Positions 12,445 through 24,403 of a stretch of 64,000 bases of DNA are shown in pieces (the stretch's first letter is position 1; each line of letters opens with the position of its first letter). Origin of the DNA: Octopus sinensis. Taxonomy: Eukaryota. Made by a program: the position numbers and the translations under genes. The notes beneath the pieces were generated by a model. The model had not been told where the DNA came from, did not search any database, and worked only from the letters and a program-made list of their open reading frames with translations. The stretch spans positions 14,632,001 through 14,696,000 of the forward strand of contig NC_043003.1 of assembly GCF_006345805.1 (NCBI RefSeq), given 5' to 3'.

Positions 12445-15400
12445 AGTTTACGACCACCGCCCTTAACAGGTCGGGCGTATTTTCTTTCAACGTCTAGAAG
12501 TTTTCTGGGAATGTCTCGTCCTTTACTCTTAGTGGGGGATTGGAATGCTACCTTGGACACGCATGTAACTACGTGGGTAGAGATAGGAATAGATGGGGTG
12601 CAAATGCCTCAGAGACCTGCTCAGACGCTTTCAACTGTCTGACAGGTTCCGACTAGACCACCCGAATGCGCCAACGTGGACATGGAGCAACCGCATCGGG
12701 TCGGTCGAGATCGTATCTAGATAGGATACTGTGTAGGACAGTAGATGAGAGATAGCATGGATGTCCACAATTCCACATAGTCAGCTACACGGATCACAAA
12801 CTTGTGACATGTACGCTAGACTTAGGTAAGATACTTAGGCAGGGTCCCGGATACTGGAAACTAAACGCGTCTTTCCCATCGAGACAAGTTTTCAGAGACC
12901 GGATTAGCACACTAGTAAAGAGGGCTTTGACGGGAGCCATCATCAACAACAAATGGTGGTTTGCCCTCAAGAGAGCAGTAAAAAGCAGAAGCGATTAGGT
13001 ACAGAGCAAAGCACTAGCCATAGATAGAAATAGAGTAGAGGGGTGAGCTAGTTAAGAAGCTAGAAGAGGCAATTAGAAGCGGCATCGCACCGACGTTTTG
13101 GCGGCGAGGTTGGCCCTCGACCACACTTCAACGCCAAACACGAAGGATGTGCTGTCAGAGCTAGGATGCGTGCTCTAAGGAACGAAGGTGTTGGAGCCGC
13201 GAGAGAGGGCCCCGGCGGCAGAGGCGCAACAGGGCAACAAAGCCACCATTCGGTCACTGGTAGATGAACAGGGGCGCGAATTGCTCGAGCCAAGTAAAAT
13301 GTGTGAGGCCTTTCAGCAGCATTTTGCCCGACTGTTCGGAACGAGTGGAGGGCAAGAACGTAGGGTGGACTTCAGTGCCTACCTACATAGCCTACCACGA
13401 CTCTCTCGACAAGAAGGCAGGGTGCTGTGAAGGTGCCATCACGGCGGCGGAAGTGCGGGAAGCGATGGTCAGAATGCTCGAGGGACAAATCACCGGGTTT
13501 GGATGGTCTACCCTACGAGCTTTAACAATTGTATGCCAGACTTGTTTGGAGATATCTCTTGGCGGCGTGTACTGCAACTGGCAGCAAAACGGGAGCATTC
13601 CTGGTTTTGTGAGCCGAGGAGCCGTAACACTGCTGAAGAAAGATCTAAACAAGGGAAATGTAATAGATAACTTTAGGCCCATCACTCTGCTTAATGCAGA
13701 CTTGAAAATTTTGGCCAAGGTGCTAGCCAAGAGTTGGCGCTTGTCATCGAGAAAACTGGTCGAAAGGCGCAAACATGCGCCGTGCCAGCCGGACCATCCA
13801 TTACAACCTCCACCTGATCGCTACATCATAGACAGGGTAGTTAACGAACCTGGCATGGGTTGGGGCGCTGATCAATTTGGATCAATCGAAAGCTTTCGAT
13901 AGGGTGGACCATCGATACTTGGAGGCGGTCCCTCGGAGAGGCTGGCTTCGGTCCCGTCTTCCGCGGCTGGATAGCCGCTTTGTACAGAGGCATCCGTTCG
14001 GTAAATTTCGCGTGAATGGACATCTACGAGACCCTTCGACATCGCACTTTCGGGTCCGTCAGGGTATGCCCCTCTCGGCGCTTCTATACGTATTGACTCT
14101 CGAGCCATTATTGCGGAAGCTGGCAACCTTGAGAGGCATCCCGCGAGAACTGGGATGCGGGACGAGCGTGTCTGCATACGCGGACGACGTCACCGTCAAT
14201 AGTGTCTAGCCACGAGCACATCGAGCAGGTCGGCGAGACCTGAAAAACTACGAAGCGTGACAGGAGCGAAAATCAACTGGGAAAAGTCAGTGGGCTTGCG
14301 ACTAGAGCACCTGGAGAAGCAAGCCCATGCCGTCCACCAGCGCCTCTGTCGTGGGACGCTGGACCGACGCCCGGTTGAGTTGCTCGGGGTCTGGTTTGGT
14401 CCGGACCTCCATGGAGAAGAACTGGAACGAGATAACGAGTAGGGTGGTCACTCTTGCCCGGCAATGGCCGAGAGGAAACTGTCCCTAAAAGGGTCGGGCG
14501 GAGGTGGCGAACACGTACAATCGCGTCCGTCATCTACTACCGCCTGACGTCGTACCTTGTCCCGACCCTACCATCACCAAACTACAACGCATTCTCTTTC
14601 GCTTCTTGTGGAAAGGAGTGTCCCGATGGTCAGGCGATCCATTTGCTGTCAACACCCGTTAAAAGGAGGGCTGGGCATGCCGTGGTTGATGATGCGCAGA
14701 CACGCGCTGAGACTGCGACATCTCTGGCTCTATGTAGACGACGGTGAACAGCGTGGTCGCCGTTTGTGAGGCACGCTTTCCCCAGCTCGTCTCCATGACC
14801 GAACTGCAGTCGTGGATCAAAAGAGGCGAAGAAGGGGCGAATGGCACCGCGAGTGTCGCGTTGCTCTCAAGCAACTCTGCCGTCCTGGGTCGACCTTGAG
14901 TGACTTCAACACAACCAAAGCATTCTATAGGGGTTTAAGTGGAGGGGAGGTAATGACGACGAGCTCGGGGCGAACCTGGACGTCGACGAGGAGTACCTGA
15001 CCCGCCTGTTCAGGACGACTTTCGGGCCAGGGCCCATGGACAACTTCCAGAGATCCTGGCCTGGCAGTGCTAACCGAGAAAGGCGCTACCCGTTCGGGAT
15101 AAGCTCTACAGACACGGCTCGAGAAACACGGGGCCGACCTCCCGAGATGCGGTCAGAGCGATGAAACCGTTCTGCACGCACTCGTGCAGTGTCCAACACT
15201 TTCCGACCTGTGGGCTTATGTCGAACAACTGCTGTCACGTGTGGGACGAGTCGTTTTATACATCTGAGTCCTATCGTTAATATTGTCACGCCTCCTCCTT
15301 CAAACGGGAAGGAAGAGCTATTTTCATCATCCTTGTTGCTATGGCGAAAGAATGTATCTGTGGACGCGTTGAAAGGATTGGAGACAAACACTTTCCTCTC

Positions 15401-15953
15401 TGTCAATCTCTCATCAACTTCTTCAAGTACCACTTGAAAAGGAAGTGAGAGTAGAGAGGCAAGTTTTGTCTAGCGAATGTTTTAAAAAAGATGGGTGAAT
15501 GTAGCAAGAATGCACGTATGAATGACGAAGCCCCTTGAGCATGATCCTATGAACCCAGAAATTGGAAAACAGAGAGTTGCTATATTTGCAAAAAAAAAAA
15601 AAAAAAAGAAATATAACATGTGACTCCATTGACCGAGGTTACCGTGGTCTTTTCCGTAGGCTTTTCTTTCCACGGTAAACCTCACCTGTCCTCCCCTTTA
15701 CACTTCATATCGACATTTCTGTGATAACGATCCCTATTGATCAATTTTTTTTTTTTTTCTCTTTTTTTTCTTCCTCTCCCCCTTTTTTTTTAACCCCCCT
15801 TTTTTTGTCCTCTTTCTCTCCTTTACGATCCCTTTTGATCGAAACTCCCCCTTCCTATTTTTTTTTTTTTTTTTTTTTTTAAACCTTGAAAAAAAGCTCT
15901 ACCTTGTAATTTGTTCTATCTGTGTGCAGCCCTGTGTGGCTAATAAAGAAACA
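12445..15953 (+). mobile_element. 5'-truncated L1-superfamily (Tx1-like) LINE; ORF2 APE+RT, frameshifted
   Basis: Colinear motifs across frames: LLLVGDWNATLD, DHKLV, GPGYWKLNAS, NFRPITLLNADLKILAKVLA, DQSKAFDRVDH, VRQG.PLS, AYADDVT, GAKINWEKS, KGGLG; AATAAA at 15942; GC- and CpG-rich relative to flanks. Confidence 0.93.
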
Positions 15954-16072
15954 TATCTATCTATCTATCTGTCACTTTGTCTCTCTCTCCATCTGTCTGT
16001 CTGTCTATCTGTCTATCTATCTACCTACCTACCTACCTACCTACCTAACTACCTACCTACCTACCTACCTAC

Positions 16073-16126
<54 letters not shown>

Positions 16127-16167
16127 GTCACTTTGTCTCTCTCTCTATCTGTCTGTCTGTCTATCTG

Positions 16168-16226
<59 letters not shown>

Positions 16227-16267
16227 GTCACTTTGTCTCTCTCTCCATCTGTCTGTCTGTCTATCTG

Positions 16268-16323
<56 letters not shown>

Positions 16324-16397
16324 CCTATCTATCCATCTATCTATCTATCAGTCACACTTTCTGTTTCTCCTCTCTGTGTCTGTCTGTCTGTCTCTCC

Positions 16398-16459
<62 letters not shown>

Positions 16460-16520
16460 ATATCTATCAGTCACACTTTCTGTTTCTCCTCTCTGTGTCT
16501 GTTTGTCTGTTTGTCTGTCT
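15954..16520. repeat. (ATCT)n/(ACCT)n/(GTCT)n compound microsatellite with higher-order duplication
   Basis: Read directly; gtcactttgtctctctct and gtcacactttctg blocks recur. Confidence 0.9.
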
Positions 16521-18294
16521 GTACGTCTCTTATTGCAGAGAATAAAGTGGAGAAATGGAATAAATATGGCAAAGTAATAGTCATGATTGAAAAGCTATCT
16601 TTAGATATCATCCCCACCACTGCCACCACCACTACAACCACCACCACCACCACTGCCACCACCACCACTATCATCAACATCGTCGTCATTCTCTTTATCA
16701 TCCTCATCATCATCATCATTGTTAACACTATCGTCATCATCGTCATCATCACCATCATTCTCATTGTGGTCATTATTGTCATCATCATCACCATAATCAT
16801 CATTATTGTCATCGTCATCATCACCATCATTATCTTCCTCCTCCTCCTCCTCCTCCTCCTCCTCATCATCATCATCATTCAATACCCATCTTCCCTGCTG
16901 GTATGTATTGGACGAGTTTGACAGGGTCTGATGACCCCAGGGACTGCTTCATACTGCCGACATCTTGCTTTGTCATGGCAACTTCAGTTGGATACCCTTC
17001 CTAACCCTACCCCTAACTCCAACCTTTTCTAACACAACCCACCTTGTAGCGTGTTCCAAGTACATTTTTTTTCATGGCACCAGCACCAGTGGGGTTTCCA
17101 TCCATTCAGCTTGCAAAACTGAAAACCTCTTTTGGGGATGTGGAGCTTTATGTGAGGAGAATAAGAAATAGAGAAGGGGACAGCATGATAGAAAAGGGCC
17201 AGAGCAGAAGAGGATTTTTGTTGAAGTGGAGTTGCATGTCTGCATGTGTGTTAGAAGAGGGAATGACAGGGGTGGGAGGGAGCTGTGAATTGGTGTGGGG
17301 GTATCAGGGTGGACCTTCAGGGTGCAAAGTGGGTAGGGATGAATAGGGCAGGGGTATTAGAAGTGAGTGGGAGGTATAGGGGTGTCTGGTGCAGGACAGT
17401 CGGATAGAGGTGATGGTGCATTAAATGGTGGGTGGGGGATGAAAGAGAGAGAGGGGGAGGGGAAGAGGGAAAGAGAAGGGGATTGAGAAAGAGTGAGGGG
17501 AAGAGGGAGAGAGGGAAAGCGAGAAGGGGATTGAGTGAAAGAAGGAGTGAGAGAGAATGAATGCAGGGGAGAAAGGAGAGAGATATACATAAAAAGAAAG
17601 AGAGAGAGAAGGAGGGATAGAGAAAGTAAGAGGCAAGTACAGTGTATAAGGAGAGTAGGATGTATGGTTGGTGATGGAGGGATGGAGCATGAGGAGCATT
17701 CATGCGTAATTGTATATGTGTGTGTGTATGGGAACACTTGTATGTGTGCGTCTATATGAGAGGTAGACAGATAGACAGATAAATAGACAGATAACTAGAT
17801 AGAGAGATATATACATAGAGAGAGAGAGAGAGAGAGGGAGAGAGGGAGAAGGAGAAAGTGAAAGGGAGAGCAATATAAGGTAAGTCTTAATGAAATGTGA
17901 CGTTGATTAATTAGAAACTATTCAATATCCATGCCTTGGTTGTGTTTCGATGTTGAGCTTAATAAACTTCGTTACACAAGTCAATTAAATATTAATATAG
18001 TTCTGCTTGTCTAATGACATCCAAAAATATGAATTGTCATTCGTTGCGGAGAGAATGCGGCCATGAGGGCCGAGGGCCGCGCCTGCCTCGGAGAAATCTG
18101 GAAGAGAAATCTTATTTGCATTTCATGCTAAATACAGTTTCACACTCACTGAAAAACGGTGTTTCCATCATTATCACTGTTGTCATCGTCATCATTACCA
18201 TCATCATCATGGTCACCATCATCATCATCATCATGATTATGGTGATGATGATGATGGGGATGATGACGATGATAATGATGATGATGTTTACATA

Positions 18295-18460
18295 AGTGCA
18301 GGAGTGGCTGTGTGGTAAGAATCTTGTGTCCCAACCACATGGTTCTGGGTTCAGTCCCACTTCATGGCATCTTGGGCAAGTGTCTTCTACTATAGCCTTG
18401 GGCCAACCAAAGCCTTGACAGTGGATTTGGTAGAGGGAAACTGAAAGAAGCCCGTTGTAT
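18295..18460 (+). mobile_element. SINE family A, 5' half
   Basis: Matches family A. Confidence 0.85.
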
Positions 18461-18541
18461 ATATTGTTCAACCAGTCACCATGATTGACCGCTAAATCCA
18501 CAAGTTTTTTTTATTCTCTCTCTGTTTATTTTCTCTTATTC

Positions 18542-18577
18542 CTTTCTGTTGAAGAGCATAGGCTCGAAATGTAAAAG
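18542..18577 (+). ncRNA. Minimal type I hammerhead-ribozyme-like motif with degenerate core
   Basis: CTTT-CTGTTGA-A-GAGC(ATAG)GCTC-GAAAT-GTA-AAAG: stem I CUUU/AAAG, stem II GAGC/GCUC, GUA triplet; core CUGUUGA deviates from CUGANGA. Confidence 0.5.
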
Positions 18578-19814
18578 ACTTTCTCACCTTCCTGAGCATC
18601 AAACTAATACACCTGTTTGTTGTTTATACACCTGTCTTTGTCTTTTGCTTTACTGTAAATTTCAACTATATGTGTGTGTGTGTTGTGTGTGTGTGTGGTG
18701 TTTGTGTGTGTGTGTGTGTGTGTTTGTGTGTGTGTATGAATGTTGAGAATATTGATCTTCCATGTTTGTGTGAAATAGCTGTGACACTGACATTTCTTGT
18801 TGATATTTCTGTGTTTTTGAAGCCCTTCACTTGGAAACAATTAAGGGTTAGTGACAAGAAGAACGCCCAGCCACTAAAACCTTACCTCAAATTAACTCCA
18901 CCTCTAACTCATGCTAGCACAGAATAAACAACTGAAAATATGAAATTATCTTGAATGAAATAAAGCTTTTTTTTTAAAACTAGGGTATTACTCATAAGAC
19001 GACAGTTAACTTTAATAAATATGCTTTTGTCACTAAGGATAATATCAAGAAATACAAAGGGTGTATATGCAATAATAATAATTTAAATTTCATTAAATTT
19101 TCTTGATGCTAAAACAAGATGATGGAATGAAATGCTAATTTTCAAAAGAAAAATATTTATTAGCTTAATATCAAATATAACAAACTTCTCATTTGTATAT
19201 TTGCAATAAATAAATGCTATTATTTTCCTAAATTTTATCAGCATAATCACTATCTACTCCATTGTAAACCTATCTCGGCAAAATTTCATTAAAAAAAAAA
19301 CAAAATATATAATTTTTCAGAAATACATAAGATGCACGACCTGTTCCTCTTTTGCTAATTCTCTCTCTCTCTCTCTCTCTCTCTCTTCCTCTCTCTTTAT
19401 ATATAATGTAAAGCATCACTAGAGAAATCAGCCAACCAACCAACCAACCAACCAACCAACCAACCAACCAACCAGCCAGCCAGCCAAGTAACATTTACGT
19501 CAGCTGTTGTTGAATAGAAATTGCTTAGGCAAGCAATGGAGAAGGAAGTGGGTGTGGTGATTAGAGTAATTGAAGGGTTGGAAAGTCTGATGCTGTGTTC
19601 CAATTGTTCTCCGTGGCATGTTATATATATATATCATGATAAGTGCTGCATTCTTACATCGGCAATTTTGTCTTCCTTGGAAAATAATCACCAACATCCT
19701 CCTCCTCCTCCTCCTCATCATCATCATCATCATCATCATCAACACCACCATCACCACCACCACCACCACCACCACCACCACCACCACCACCACCACCACC
19801 ACCACCACCATCAC

Positions 19815-20225
19815 CAGTTGCGTATTGGGGTCGATTTAATTGACTGGCCTCCTCCCCCAAAATTTCAGTCCTTGTGTCTGGAGTAGAAACGAATAAATTA
19901 AGTACCAGTTGTGTACTGGGGTCGATCTAATCAACTGCCCCCCCTTCCCCCAAAATTTTAGGCCTTGTGCCTAGAGTAGAAAGGATTATTATAATTATTA
20001 TTATTAAGGTGGCAAGCTGGCAGAAACGTTAGCACACTGGGCAAAATGCTTAGTGGTATTTCATCTGTCTTTACGTTCTGTGTTCAAATTGCGTCGAGGT
20101 CAACTTTGCCTTTCATCCTTTCAGGGTTGATAAATTAAGTACCAGTTGTATACTGTGGTCGGTCTAATTGACTGGCCCCCATTCCAAAAATTTTGGGGCT
20201 TGTGTGTTGAGTAGAAAAGAATTGT
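19815..20225 (+). mobile_element. Nin/Deu-domain SINE family B (short-tail variant), tandem copies
   Basis: gcctttcatcctttcagggttgataaattaagtaccag core; head ggtggcaagctggcagaaacgttagc. Confidence 0.85.
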
Positions 20226-20289
20226 CCTTGGGAGGGGTGTATTGTCCATGGAGGTGGGGGATGGTGTAAATGTCCTAGACTCAATTACA

Positions 20290-21205
20290 ATGTCGAGGGG
20301 TTCCAGTGGATTTGACCAATGGGACAGCCTGCTTATGAAATTAATGCACTTATGATTGAGCATTCTACAGGCATGTGTACCCTTCGTGTAACTCTCAAGG
20401 AGATTCAGCATGACAGAGAACATAACAAGGCAGGTCCTTTGAAATACAGGTACTACACATTTTTGCCAGATGAGCAGAGAAGGTGGCAAGCTGGCAGAAA
20501 TGTTAGCACACCGGGCGAAATGCTTAGCGGTATTTTGTCTGCTGCTACGTTCTGAGTTCAAATTCCACCAAGGTCGACTTTGCCTTTCATCCTTTCGGGG
20601 TCGATTAAATAGTACCAGTTATGCACTGGGGTTGATATAATCGACTCAATCTGTTTGTCTGTCCTTGTTTGTCCTCTCTGTGTTTAGGCCCTTGTGGGTA
20701 GGAAAGAAATAGGAATTTCGTCTGCTGCTACGTTCTGAGTTCAAATTCCGCCGAGGTTGACTTTGCTTTCATCCTTTCGGCGTCGATTAAATAAGTATCA
20801 GTTACGCACTGGGGTTGATATAATCAACTTAATCCGTTTGTCTATCCTTATTTGTCCTCTCTGTGTTTAGCCCCTTGTGGGCAGTAAAGAAATAGGTATT
20901 TCGTCTGTCGCTACGTTCTGAGTTCAAATTCCACCGAGGGCAACTTTGCCTTTCATCCTTTCAGGGTTGATAAATTAAGTACCAGTTATGCACTGGGGTC
21001 GATATGATCGACTTAATTCATTTGTCTGTCCTTGTTTGTCCCTTCTGTGTGTAGCCCCTTGTGGGCAATAAAGAAATAAGATGAGCAGAGAAGGACGACA
21101 TGAAATAAAGTCTTGCTCAAGAACACAACACGCTGCCAGGAATTGAACTCGTTATTGTTACGATCACAAAGCTAAATGCCCTAACCACTCAGTCATGCAC
21201 CTTCA
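20290..21205 (-). mobile_element. tRNA-derived SINE family D, interrupted by a family B trimer
   Basis: Similar to 22150-22400 (+) and 23257-23560 (-); the two halves rejoin across the TSD. Confidence 0.7.
20482..21078 (+). mobile_element. SINE family B head-to-tail trimer (unit about 183 bp) with one 16-bp TSD
   Basis: TSD agatgagcagagaagg at 20468-20483 and 21079-21094; junctions at about 20712 and 20895. Confidence 0.9.
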
Positions 21206-21797
21206 CTTCACCTGATATTGATACAACCCACCCAACACATATGAAACAGAATCACCATTCAACAAAATCTCTCAACTCAGAGAGGATATATTCTATGCAG
21301 GCGAAACACTGAAGTAACACTGTAAACAAGGAAGAATCTGCCACTGAGATGTATGGCATGTGTAGCATACTATCACAAATCTACACTACAAAAAAAAAAA
21401 ATTCCTGAAATACATGCACATATCAGGAAGATATCAGTTGCACAGGTGGTGCAGTGGAAAATTGCATCGAACTGACAAAAAAAAAAACCCAAAAAATAAA
21501 CAGAAGAAAAGAAAAAAAGAAATGATGATAAAATTAATAATAAACTTAAAGAAATCACATCAGCTAAGTCATGCATGTGGGATAAGATGCTTTGAAAAGC
21601 ATGAGTGCTTCTTTCATGAGGATAAGTTATTCAAAAACAAATACCTTCTGCAAAAAAAAAAAACCAAAAAAATAAATAAAAAGGGTTTCACAGAGATATC
21701 AGCTCAAAAAAAAAACATAATGCTATATGACACACTAACATCACCAAATATTCAAACATATTGGGAGAAAAATATCAAACCGAAATATTCAGCATAA

Positions 21798-22036
21798 TCA
21801 AAAGGCATAATGGATTAGAAGATAAAGGGATGAGAGAAATGCAATAATGCTGCGATCTTGGTTCCATGTATCTAGTGAGGAATTCAGCAACACGATGTAA
21901 AGATTGTAAACAACTGCAAAAGCTTCAGGAATTGACAAAAATCTCCCAATTTCTGGCTGAAAATACTTAAACCAAGTATTCATGAAGCTGTGGCAAACGG
22001 CATTCAATGAATTTATAAACAGTCGAGAATTAACAC
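21798..22036 (-). other. Candidate terminal exon, unassigned
   Basis: TE-free island; acceptors ttattcag and tattttcag on the minus strand; open frame ends in hydrophobic SIIAFLSSLYLLIHYAF; U-rich sequence downstream; no recognisable homology. Confidence 0.15.
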
Positions 22037-22149
22037 CTGAATAACTTACTAAAGGGGATGACAAAACTGGTTCCCTCTCCACCACCCCCACGCCTGCCCA
22101 CCTCCCACCCGAAACGAAAATACCAGAGTTCTTCAAAACTATGGATCTG

Positions 22150-22400
22150 GCCACATGTTGTGTTTCTTGAGCAAGACTCTTTATTGCGTGTTGCTCTGGT
22201 TTACTCAGCCAAAAGCAAGTTGTACTGGTAATTCGAAGGACCGGCCTTGTTAAGCATTCTGTGTCATGCTGACTCTGCCTGAGAACTACATTAAGGGTAC
22301 ACGTGTCTGTGGAATACTCAGCCACATGCATGTTAATTTCATGATCAAGATACTCCATTGATTGGATTACCTGGAACCTTCATTGTTGAAACCAAGGAAG
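22150..22400 (+). mobile_element. SINE family D fragment
   Basis: tcttgagcaagactcttta...ttaagggtacacgtgtctgtggaatactcagccac, reverse complement of the 23257-23560 copy. Confidence 0.7.
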
Positions 22401-22462
22401 CAGCAGCAGTTTATGTATGTATGTAATTGTGTATGACAAACTACTTTCAATTTCCATCTACC

Positions 22463-23156
22463 AAAGTGATCAATATCAACCCCTGGGGGTCGATGGGAAT
22501 ATTTAAGGGGTCAATAAATTTCCATCTACCAAAGTGATCAATATCAACCCCTGGGGGTCGATGGGAATATTTAACGGGGTCAATAAATGCACATCTACTT
22601 TATTATTATTATTATTATTATTATCTATTTATTTTCTTGTACATGCCTGGGGGTTGATGAGGGATCAAAGAGTCCATGGAGTTGATGATGGGGTCAAGGA
22701 TTCCATGAAGTGATCAATGAGGGGTCAAGGATTCCATGAAGAGGTCGATGAGAGGGTCAAGGATTCCATGAAGGTGTTGATGAGGGAGTCAATGATTCCA
22801 TGAAGTGATCAATGGGAGGTCAAGGATTCCATGAAGAGGTTGATGAGGGGCTCAAAGATTGCATGAAGGGGTCGATGAAGGGGTTCAAGGATTCCATGAA
22901 GGGGTCAACGAGGGTTCAAGGATTCCATGAAGGGGTCAACAAAGGAGTTCAAGGATTCCATGAAGGGGTTGATGAGGGGGTCAAGGATTCCATGAAGTTA
23001 TCAATGGGAGGTCAAGGATTCCATGAAGGGGTCGATGAAGGTTCAAAGATTCCATGAAGGGATCAACGAGGGGGTTCAAGGATTCCATGAAGGGGTTGAT
23101 GAGGGGTCATGGATTCCATGAAGGAGTTGATGGTTCAAAAGGTTTGAGGACCCCTG
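22463..23156. mobile_element. hAT-like MITE carrying a ~30-bp minisatellite, inserted into a family A SINE
   Basis: About 16 units of ggggtcaaggattccatgaaggggtcgatga (22650-23130); terminus aaaggtttgaggacccctg; SINE sequence resumes at 23157. Confidence 0.6.
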
Positions 23157-23256
23157 ATCTAACCAATCCACTCACAAGGCTTTGGTTAGTTCAGAGCAAT
23201 AGCAGAAGACTAGCTAAAAAAAAAGGATAAAAACCTTCTATTATCACATTGCCACT

Positions 23257-23560
23257 GTCAGTTACGATGGAAAGGGTTCCAGTTGATCGAATCAACAGAA
23301 ATTAACATGCAAGTGGCTGAGTACTCCACAGGCACACATACCCTTAATATAGTTCTCAGGGAGATTCAGTGTGACTTATAGAATGAGTCAAGGCTGACCC
23401 TTTGGATTACAGGTACAGCTCAATCTACAGCTAGTGGAGTGGACTGGAGGAATGAAAAATACTGAGTTTTCCTCAAGGACACAATGCATGGTCAGGAATT
23501 GAACTCATGACCTCACAATCGTGAGACAAATACCCAAACCACCAAACCACGTACCTTCAC
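23257..23560 (-). mobile_element. SINE family D
   Basis: tRNA-like head on minus strand (gagttcaattcc box B) plus family D body. Confidence 0.75.
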
Positions 23561-23614
23561 TCCTTTTGTTCTGAGAACTATTAAGCTATATAAGAAACCT
23601 ATACTAGCTCCTCT

Positions 23615-24205
23615 ATTATTTATTTCTTTATTGGCCACAGGGGGCTAAACATAGAAGGAACAGACAAGGTCAGACAAAGGGATTAAGTCGATTACATTGA
23701 CCCCAGTGTGTAACTGGTACTTATTTTATTGACCCCGAAAGGATGAAAGGCAAAGTCGACCTTGGAGGAATTTGAACTCAGAACGTAACGGCAGATGAAA
23801 TACCTATGTCTTTACTACCCACAAGGGGCTAAACATAGAGAGGACAAACAAGGACATCGACCTTAGTGTGTAACTGGTACTTATTTAATTGAGGCAAGCA
23901 GCGAGCTGGCAGAAACGTTAGCACGCCGGGCGAAATGCGTAGCCGTATTTCGTCTGCTGTTACGTTCTGAGTTCAAATTCCGCTGAGGTCGACTTTGCCT
24001 TTCATCCTTTCGAGGTCGATAAATCAAGTACCAGTTACACACTGGGGTCGATGTAATCGACTTAATCCGTTTGTCTGTCCTTGTTTGTCCCCTCTATGTT
24101 TAGCCCCTTGTGGGTAGTAAAGAAATAGGTACTTATTTAATTGACTCTGAAAGGATGAAAGGCAAAGTTGACCTTGGCGGAATTTGAACTCAGAAGGTAA
24201 CAGTA
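23615..24205. mobile_element. SINE family B multimer (-) with a family B monomer (+, 23893-24127) nested inside
   Basis: 17-bp TSD ggtacttatttaattga at 23876-23892 and 24128-24144. Confidence 0.88.
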
Positions 24206-24214
24206 GATGCCTGA

Positions 24215-24403
24215 CTGAGGACGCTCCCACCATGACCCTCCTAGGAATAGTGAGTGGAAAAATTAGCGTAATTGATATTGAATATTTGAAGCTCAGTAAC
24301 AAAATCACGAAAGTAATAAAATTGAATTTTTTATTTTTTTTTTTAAGCATAACGATAATCAATCCTCCTTCCTAAGTTGCAATATATAATTATCTCGAAA
24401 ATT
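24215..24403 (-). other. Candidate exon with ATG (24350) and signal-peptide-like N-terminus
   Basis: Strong acceptor ctttctttcctttcag (AG at 24405-24404); MLKKKNKKFNFITFVILLLSFKYSIS; donor not clearly identifiable. Confidence 0.25.

Noticed and set aside
18165-18285. (ATC)n/(GAT)n switch hairpin as a structured RNA
   Set aside because: Only simple-repeat complementarity; nothing suggests function
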